64,000 bases of DNA from Octopus vulgaris. Taxonomy: Eukaryota. Position 1 is the stretch's first letter, and every line of letters starts with the position of its first letter. Below, piece after piece: positions 54,309-64,000 of this stretch. The stretch covers positions 1,984,001 to 2,048,000 of the forward strand of contig OX597816.1 of NCBI GenBank assembly GCA_951406725.2, given 5' to 3'. Under the pieces are notes generated by a model. The model searched no databases. It saw only the letters and a list, made by a program, of their open reading frames with translations, and was not told where the DNA came from. A program made the position numbers and the translations under genes.

Positions 54309-57300
54309 GTTTTGGGTATTTAATTTAGAATTTTGAATATTCTTTGTGGTAGTAACTGGAATGGTATACAGCCAGTGACATTGGATATATTTGGTAAACC
54401 CTTTTCATACCAACCTGCCTGAAACTACATCCTGGTTCTTTCATACAAGCTCTCTATTTTAAAATGATTTTAATTAAAACTTTTCATCAAAATTTTATGT
54501 TAATTTATTTTCCAAACATCAGCTTAATGATAAAACTATTGAGACAAAAACTGAATTTCAACACAAATACAGTAACAAACAGGTCCAGTTTTGTAGAAGG
54601 GTTTCCATTTTAAGCTACCATATATGTAGGTTACAAGTGTGTGAATTGCATGACTTAAATGGCATTCATCATCATCGTTTAACGTCCGCTCTCCATGGAC
54701 GCTCTAGCATGGGTTGGACGGTTCAACTGGAGTCTGTGAAGCCAGCAGGCTGCATCAGGCCCAGTCTGATCTGGCAGAGTTTCTACGGCTGGATGCCCTT
54801 CCTAACGCCAACCACTCTGCGAGTGTAGTGGCATTATATATTTTAAAAAAGAACCCCACTGTTATCCATGATTGTATGGTTTAGTAGGTAACTATGCCAA
54901 TATTTATGTGAATTGTTGGAACAAGTGTTTCGTGGCTAGATCCTCTGTTGTAAAAGTGGTAACTTCTGTTGTATTTTGATGGTGTCTGCATCTGGAGAAA
55001 CTATTTCTCTGTACCAAACACTGATTGGGATTCAAATTGTGACCGTTCCAGCTTCTTTTTGGAATATATAACCAGGATTACTTTTACTTGGCAAAAAATT
55101 GCCTCTGGTTTTATGATACAAAGTTCCTGTTTTTAAAGGGATTTAAATAATTCTTGCATCAAAACACCAGCATAATACTGACAAAGCTATTTTACTATAT
55201 TCCTTCATTATTTTCAAAATTAACCAAATTTAAAGCAGTGTATTTCAACAGAAATGTCGTAACAAAAGGGTTATCCAGTATAGTCATCCAGAATGTAATT
55301 TGAAAAAGATTTGACAGCAATTTTTTTGTCGTATGAATAACTGTGTGCAGGCTCTTTTGCTTGCTCACTGGATATATTTCTTCTTCTGGTTGGTGGAAGA
55401 CTACACTCTACACTTGGATATGTAGTGGATTATCATATAGAGTGTTGTAATATGTTTGAATACAGTTTCTTCATTGCTAATGTCAGTATTCTAACGTAAA
55501 ATGACTCTAACATGTGAAAGTTATTTTTGAAAGATCTTACATTATGGTCTGTGTTATTTTTTTGCAAATAACTCTGTGGCTGAAAGGAGACTGTCAATGC
55601 ACATAGAACTCACCGCCCTCTGCCACCCTCTTCATTGCTGACTAGTTTCAGTACTTCTTGCCTCAGCACTTAGAACTCTCTGATTTAGTCAAACATACAG
55701 ATGTGAGCATGTTTTCTGCTTCCAACATAGCCCTAATCCTACGAAAACACAATAATCATTATCACTTTATGTCCACTTTTCATTGCTTGCATGGGTCAGA
55801 CAGAATTTGTTGAGGCAGTTTTCCTACAGCTGGATGTTCTTCCTGTCACCAATCCTCACTGGTTTCTATGACTAGACAGGTTTTTCATGGGAAGCTGGAA
55901 TTGAACATCATCGCTTGTATGGTGATGTCATTTACAACCATCATGTGATATCAAAACATGGGTACACATACACACCACACACACACACACACACACAATG
56001 GGCTTCTTTCAATTTCCATCTACCTAATCCACTCACAAGGCTTTGTTTGGTTTGGAACTATAGCAGAAAGCACTTGCCCAGGGTTCCAGGCAATGAGACT
56101 GAACCCCAAACCACATGCTTGGGAAGAAAGCTTAATCACATAGCCATGCCTATTGCTCTCATAAATAATCTTGTCTATGGAGATCTCTTTTTATCTTCTC
56201 TCTTGAAGTTGACAGCCAGATAATTGTCTTTTATGTATGTCTCAGTATAACAAGAAAGAAATTGATTGTGAAAAAAATATTTTCTATATTTGCCTAAATT
56301 GTTGTAAAGCTTTTAATAGGCAAGGAGAGATCATTATGACAGCAAAATAATATTAGAATATTGTGAGTTTCTGCTTCTAGTTTCCCCAGCATAAATTTTG
56401 CTTTACTAATTGACTCGGTTCCTAGACGTCAATTTGGAATAAATTTACATAAGAGAATACATATTATTTCAAGTGATTATAGTTATTCCTTTCTATGTCA
56501 AGTTTCCATATATTATTGATTATTCGATTTAAGCATAACTGTTGGTTAATCAGCAGCTGTAACATTATCTGGGTGGAGATTTTGTTAAGGCATATATTTT
56601 CCTTCTCTTTTATCTTTGCTGTATCATTGTTTCATGTCACAGGAAATCCATACCTGCTCATCATGTTCACTAAAAACAACAGGGACCACTTGATCCCTGT
56701 TGTTTTTAAGGGAAGACAATATAAACTTGTCTGTTTGGAGGCTTTTTTTTTTTTTTTCAAATTTCATGTAAAACATACTTATTAAGCATTTGTTTTTCAT
56801 CTTTCTATAAATTGCTGAAGATTTGCAACCTGAATTGATGTCACAATTTTGGCCAGCTTTATACAACCAGTGTTAATTCCACTTTTATCAAATTTCTTGG
56901 TGTTTATTCAAAATGATGAAATGAATACTAATTTTCGTAAGGAAAATGTTTAATACCTTAAAACTAAGCAGATTTCTCATTTGCATGACTCCTTCTCTAA
57001 TAACTCTGTTATCTCCTCCTCCTCCTCCTCCTCCTAGCTTAGTTTGTGCACTCATCCTGCACCTCTTGTCTTCACTTCCTCCCTATCTACATCATGTAAA
57101 AAGCATGACTGGTAAAATCAAGCAACTGACCATCCGCTATATCAGCTTCTATACAAAAATGGACAATCACAATTTTTAACCCATTGCTTTAACTCACTGC
57201 CTCTGGTATTTTGTTGCATTATATATTGATTTTGAAAACTTGTTATTGATTTAGTTAATTGCCGTCATCACTTTGTTCAGGAATTTCATTCTTTTGCATT

Positions 57301-60300
57301 TATTTTTTTTTTTGTTTGTTTTTAAATGATGGAAATAATTTGCAAGAAAACAAGAAAAAAAAAAAAAACCATTTTAAAAGAAACTAGAAATGATTGTTAG
57401 TTTTGATAATTTTTATTTACAAATCTACTTCTTTTGATAATTACCATTAAAGGTAGCAGCTTTCCAGGTGTGTATGTGTGTGTGTTTTAGAAACTTTAAT
57501 TGTTTTTTTTTTTTTTCTGAAATGAAGATTATTAGTGTATTTAATGATGCAGTTATTGAAAATAAAATGAAAGTAAAATAATTATATAACACTGTTCAAG
57601 ATGTTTTATTAAGAGTTGTGATCTTGTAAATTTTTTCTCAGCTTAATTAGTTAGTCATTAAACTAGAATCTTTTAAAATAAAAAGAAAAACTGTATTAGA
57701 TGATAGTAATGTTTTTTTGTCCTGTCTAGAATGTAATTACCTCGGAAAGTTATTCTTAGTATTATTTTTATAACCTAGATGTTGCTGACTCCTCCCCCGC
57801 CACTTTATCTAGCTATAAATAACCAACCATATCTTGGCTAGGGTACTGACTTCTGAGAAGATATATGTCTAATGTACACATATCTAAAGAAATATTAGAA
57901 AATTGTTTTTGTTTGGATTTCTAATATTAACCAACCTTAACTGTGAATGTTGGTTACAATAATTGACTGATTTTAATTTTATGACTCATCCAATATAAAA
58001 AGTATAGACCAATCTTGGAAGTGGAGACTAGTTTTTTGTTGTATGACAGAATTAAGAGAATTTCACTACAGAAATGATAGATATATCAATATATCGATAT
58101 TAAAATATTGTGCTCTTAGCAAATTTGTGTACTTTGCTATCATTGCTTCTAACTTAAACATATTCAGCCACCAGCAAATACGGTGCCACTGCTATTAATT
58201 CTGTGTGTTTATAATGCCGGTGTGGCTGTGTGAATAAGTTTGCTTCACAAGTATGTAGTCTCGAGTTCAATCTCACCTGGGTAAGTGTCTTCGCTATAGT
58301 CCTGGGCCAACCAAGGCCTTGTGAATGGAATTAGCAGGTGGAAGCTGAAAAAAGCCCATTGTATATGTATGCATGTACCTTTGACATCATGTGATAGTTG
58401 TAAATGAGCATCACCAACAAATGATGTTTGTTTCCTGTGTCATATGAAAATCATGTCTGTTCTTGGAGAAATATTTCCTTGTTTGGAAACAGGTGAGGGA
58501 TGATGACACGAAGGGCATCTGACCATAAAAAAATCTCTCAACAAATTCTATCTGACCCAAGCAAGCATGGAAATTGGATCTTGAAATGATGATTGTCTTC
58601 TCTGATCACCCAGAAATGACTGAAATTATGGAATGCAACTTTAAAAAAAACTTTTTATTGAGCAGAAAGTAAAAGTCCATAAGCCTCCAATATCAAGTGA
58701 AACTTTTAGATTAAAAAAGAAAAAGGAAAAAATATTTAAAGCTATTTAAGTTATCACTAATACAAGTTAATGAAAAAGCTTCTATGGAGCCTGATAACAT
58801 AGCAATTAAGTCTTTATTGAGATTCCTCTCCTTGTCACTTGAGATAAACAATGGCCTTATGGCAAATTGAAGCAAACATTATTAATATTGATAATGTGTT
58901 TATTAGTGTTATCTGTCATATGCTGGATAACCTTAAAAGTTTACTTTTACCACTGATAGGTCCAAAGACTGCACTGTGCTCCAGTATCTGCTTCGGTATA
59001 GTTTATTGTGATTGGATACTCTTCCTAACACCAACCACTTTGTGATTTTATTGTGCTACTAGCACTTGCGAGATTTCCTTGCAGCTTGCCTTAAGAGCAC
59101 AGCTTTACATTAGATGAGGGGTTAAATGTATGAGAGAAGGAGCCTGAGCAGAACAGGTTTCTTGCTGTGGAGGAACTACATGACTACTGATTTTAGAAGA
59201 GGGTGGGAGTAATCAAGTGAAGTCAGAAAGCAATAGAAATGGTGGTTGAGGAGTTTGGGAGGACCATCAAGGTGTGAGGTGAGGTCAGAAGAATCAGGAG
59301 TGTGGGTTGGTGAAGGTTGCAAGAATGTGAGGGGGAGATGAGTAATAACAGTAAAGATTGGGTGGGATTGTAGCATGGATAAGGGGTGGGAATCGATTAA
59401 TGAATTGGGGGGATGGAGGAGGAGTAGGAGATGGCTGACAGTGCAGAAAAAATGATGGGTTGCGAGGAGAATAGCAGAATAGTAAGATGATATAGTATTA
59501 AACTGACGGATAAATAATTGTTATTTTTGGTTTTAATCTAAGAGCAGTGTAAAGAAATGTTTCATCATTCCACCATTTGACTGCAAAGATATCTGACTAA
59601 ATACTCTAAAATGTTTAGTCTTGGACTTTACTGTTATCTACAATTAATTCTTGTGAACAATATTGTCTCTTCAATTCATAATTTCATGCTAAAAGTAAAT
59701 GGGTGTTGACATGGAAAGTCTGCAAATATTTGGTTATGTTTTTATTTATATAAATGATAAAATATTTAAATATTTATGTTATACATGCTTAAAAGAAAAC
59801 AACAAAGCAAAAAAGAGAAATAGCTATTTAACAATAACAAGTTATTTACTAAACATTGATGAAATATATATGATTATTTGGATGTGGAGATTAAAAGATT
59901 AAATAAATTTCAGACATCTAAAGTCTCTATAGGAAGATAGGTTCATTAGAACTTAAGGATTAAATGATTAAATAAGTTTCAGACACTTGATCCTCTTTTA
60001 CAGAGATTTTATTGTGTTTTAATATTTGTGAATGATATGTAATAATCTAACTTACTAAAGATATCATGTTAAAAAGATCCTGTAAAAGTGTATAAGAAAT
60101 TTTCCTTTTTAATGTTGATGGAACTATACAGAGCTTAGTATTGCTAAAGTATTTTCTCACTTACATTCTTAAATCTCTTAAGTTTACTGAGATATAAAAC
60201 TGAAGTATGTTAATCTTTTGAGAACAAATCTGCATTCTTAATAAAATACCCCAGAGATTGATCGCAAAAAAAAAAAATAATGGCATGACAATAATTGTTG

Positions 60301-63300
60301 ACTCTAGGGATTACTTCAAAATGTTCAAACTTCATTATCTCCAATGCTATCATTGGTGCTTCATCATTTGTGCAATGTAGGAAATATTCCATTGACACCG
60401 TTTCAACAATGTCAGTTCACAAGCCACCCAAGGCTTAGCTCTTGAGCTATACACCCGTTACCAAAATTGAGCTTGCATCACATTGTGACACACTTTTTCT
60501 TTTTTTAGCCTTAACTGCTCCTGCCTTAACAGTTTTCTGAAATAAACTGAAGGGACAAAAGAACATTCAAATGGCACCAATACAAATTCCTTTTAGAAAA
60601 AGTAGACCAACTGCTGACAATTGGATCCGTCTTGGCAAACAGCTCCCTATTTGAGTGGGTTATGGATATCCTAAAACATGACTTAACTCTTTGGCAATCA
60701 GATTACTCTGTGAAATGTGTTATCTATTCACATTGTTTATACATTATCTCATAGCTTTGAGATAAATCATACACTATCTCATAGCTCTGAGATTTCAGTG
60801 GTGTGATTGTTTATTTTTAGAATGATTTTCACCTTGTGTTCTATAAGGACGTATCAATTAAATAATGGTATCTTTGATCATGCAGAAAATGAAGATTTAC
60901 TTGCAACTATTGCATGAAGTTTTAAATGCAAATGCTGCTGTGTTAAGCTAAATTTGCAACCAGTGTGGGTTCAGACCGTCATTTTTTTTCTATTATAGCC
61001 TTGGACCACTCAAAGCCTTGAGACTGGAGAGACTAGTCATGGTGTTTCATGCCTGTAAATGTCACTGTTATGCTAGCAGTGTCCATTTCCAATCTCTTGT
61101 GAAAATTCGGGGAAATAAATGAAGGCTGGTGAAAGGCAGGATGGCTGTAGAAAATCCACCTGTAATTCTGTTCTACCCATTCCTCAATGGGAAGGTGGTC
61201 TTGCTCATCCCCCACCTAACAACCAATAAAAAAAAACTGGATATAAGTACTGAAGTCAATTTTGTTAAAATCAAAATCGTAATCTATCAACATCAATGGA
61301 ATTTGTAGCTGTGATACCAGTGCCGGTGGCATGTAAGAGAACCATCCAAACGTGGCCGTAGCCAGCCTCGTCTGGCACCACCTGTGCTGGTGGCACGTAA
61401 AAAGCACCCACTACACTCACGGAGTGGTTGGCGTTAGGAAGGGCATCCAGCTGTAGAAACACTGCCAGATCAGACTGGGTCTAGTGCAGCCTTCTGGCTT
61501 CCCAGACCCCAGTTGAACCGTCCAACCCATGCCAGCATGGAAAGCGGATGTTAAACGATGATGATGATGATGAATGATGTTGTAGGGTAGGTGTGAGAGG
61601 CTGGAACTGGCTGGTTTGAACATAAAAGAGGTAGAATATTTGAGTCAGATATGGCTAGTTCAAATGTTAATGGGTTAAGACTACTCCAGGTGGTGCTGCT
61701 AAGTTTAGATGTGGCCTGGGCCTGTTTATCTGTCAAAACTTATTTAAGTGTTAGCTCATTACAATTTCCTTAGCTCCTTTCTAAACAGGATTTCTTTTGG
61801 AATTCTCTTTCATTAAAGAGGTTAATATTAAAGTCAAAATTTTAAATAGAATACTGCAGTTTTCTTTTCATTATTTCTTTTAGACTCATCATCAGTAGTA
61901 TCACATTTATTTTAAACAGGTTTAACCCTTTTGATACCAATCTGCACGGGATCACTTTGTCCTGTAATAACAAACTAGTTTTAAATGATCGAAATTAAAA
62001 CACTTCATTAAAATTTCGTGTTAATGAATCCAAACAATAGCTTAATAATAACAAAATTATTTTACTAAATTCTTCATTATTTTCAAATTAATTGAAACAA
62101 AAGCAGTGGATTTTAGTACAAATTTGGTAACAAACGGGTTTAGTTGGTATTGTAATGTGTGTCAAGACCAAGCTATGAACATGTTAGATGATTGAAGTAT
62201 AGGGGTATAAAATAGCTATGAAAGCATAACTGTTACAACATTTCACTTGCTGATTGTGTGTGAACGGAGCAAAGGTTTGTTTTAAAGATGTATCTTCTTT
62301 AGTAACCTCTGCAGGTGAAGAGAAAATGAAAATAAGCGGAACTGATGATTAGAGAGAATGTGCAGATGTTGACATCTCTTGACCTCTTAAGTCTCTTAAC
62401 ATAAATATTGTATAAATAATATTTATGGATTAATAAAGTCAAGAACATGGAAGCAGCAAAAGTAAGCGAATGCATATCACTGTGTGGATGACTAACTCAA
62501 GTACATATACACATGTTTACATGGGCACGTGCTCTCTCTCTCTCTCTCACACATACACTTACGCACACAAGCATGTATACTTTCTTTCTCTCTCTCTCTC
62601 TCACACACATGCACATGCTCTCACATTTTGGAAAAGCGAATATATCTGACAGGTTATGTGAAAGTCTCCCTCCTAACCAAAAAAATAGCATTGCTATTTT
62701 AGAAAATTAGAATGACTGCCATGGAGAGAAAGTTGCATAAAATATGAAAGCTAATATTGGGATTGTTTTTTGCTTCATTTTCAGTATTTCCATTGGGTCT
62801 ATGCCAGGATCTAGGTCATACTCCTTTTAACCCTTTTGATACCAAAAGATATCAAAAGATTGCTATGATACAAATTCCCTCTTTTAAAGTGATCTAAATT
62901 AGCCATTCTGCTACTATATTTTCATTGAAATACACTGTTTGTGTTTCAACTAATTTTGAAATGAGGAATTTAGTAAAATAAAATAATCATAATTAAATTG
63001 GCATTTTGAATATAAATTAACATGAAATTTTGATGCAAGTTTTAATTTAGTTCACTTTAAAACTGGAAGATTTTATTATAGAACCACGAGCAATCTCAAG
63101 CATGTTGGTATCAAAAAGATTAAAACCTTCCCTCAAAATTACATGTTATATTTGAAACACCAAATTGTATTTTACTAAATGTTTCGTTATTTTCAAAAGT
63201 AATTGAAACAAAGGTAGTGTGTTTCAGTAGAAACACAGTTAGGAAAGGAGTTGATATTTTAAAACCATTTTAAACTTTAAAAGTGGCCTATTAATAATAG

Positions 63301-63495
63301 TACTTTCAGGCATTATAATGCTCAAGTAACACCAAGTTTTTAAAAGAATTTGGGATATTTTTTGATAATGTTGCATCCTTGTCTTTAAAAAATCCTTAGG
63401 AAAATGCTATCCTATCTTTATAAACACATTGTTTCCAGCAGTGTCCGTAGATGTATTTTACCATTTGTAGAGATTGTATTGTTGATATACTTTAC

Positions 63496-63592
63496 CATGT
63501 TTAGTTGGGTTTCGAATAGGTTTGCCATATTTTTGCATGCTGCTGGCATCCAGTCATTAAACACTATCTCAGAAGACTCACCCAATGTATGC
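63496..63592 (-). CDS. Candidate coding exon of an unidentified minus-strand gene
   Basis: TCACTTATTCATGCAG | open 97 nt (HTLGESSEIVFNDWMPAACKNMANLFETQLNM) | GTAAAG. Non-repetitive. A competing GTGAGT donor lies 11 nt into the exon. Confidence 0.35.
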
Positions 63593-64000
63593 CTGCATGA
63601 ATAAGTGAATATGAAACACTTGTGATGATGGCAACAGTGACAATAACGACAGTGATTCACTATAACTATATTATTCTTGTAACATATGTCTGCAGTAGGT
63701 TTTAACCCATTAGCATTTAAGTTGGCCATATCCAAGCCAAATATTCTACCAGTTTTATGTTGAAACCAGCTAGATCTGGCCTCTCACACCTACTCTACAA
63801 TGTCAGTAAAAAAATATACAACCCCATCGTCAAAATTTCAATGCTATGAGATAATCATATCATCATCATCATCATCATCATTTAACGTCCACCTTCCAAG
63901 CTGGCATGGGTTGGACGGCTGCACCAAGCTCCAATCTGATCTGTCAAGGTTTCTACAACTGGATGCTCTTCCTAATGCAGACCACTCTGAGAGTGTAGCG

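Noticed and set aside
60210-60480. Possible minus-strand coding exon
   Set aside because: The composition looks coding, but all frames hit nearby stops and I see no convincing splice pair or motif.
61884-61919. 36-nt exon candidate after a strong acceptor
   Set aside because: The donor GTTTAA is weak and overlaps a MITE end, and two frames contain stops.

Overview
AT-rich animal DNA with no prokaryotic features. The SINE families (OK- and OR-like), the huge (TA)n arrays and the zinc-finger RTE point to an octopus or other coleoid cephalopod; this is an inference from repeat content. No intact multi-exon protein gene is visible. The window reads like the 5' end and very long introns of a gene, with CpG-retaining promoter-like zones at ~0.7-12 kb and ~47-51 kb and several tiny candidate first or micro-exons. 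Most of the sequence is transposon debris: a disrupted CR1-clade LINE, two RTE-clade families, Penelope-like (PLE) remnants, non-autonomous Helitrons, a mariner, piggyBac-like MITEs and many tRNA-derived SINEs. The most unusual signals are (i) four minimal hammerhead-ribozyme-like motifs, one fused behind a tRNA-like Pol III head in a PLE-like tail, (ii) a PLE locus with two long inverted duplications, (iii) SINEs that share one head but carry either a CR1 or an RTE tail, with both partner LINEs present, and (iv) AG|GT recursive-splice-like sites. Nearly all long ORFs in the track are microsatellite artefacts. Boundaries were read by eye and may be off by a few bases.
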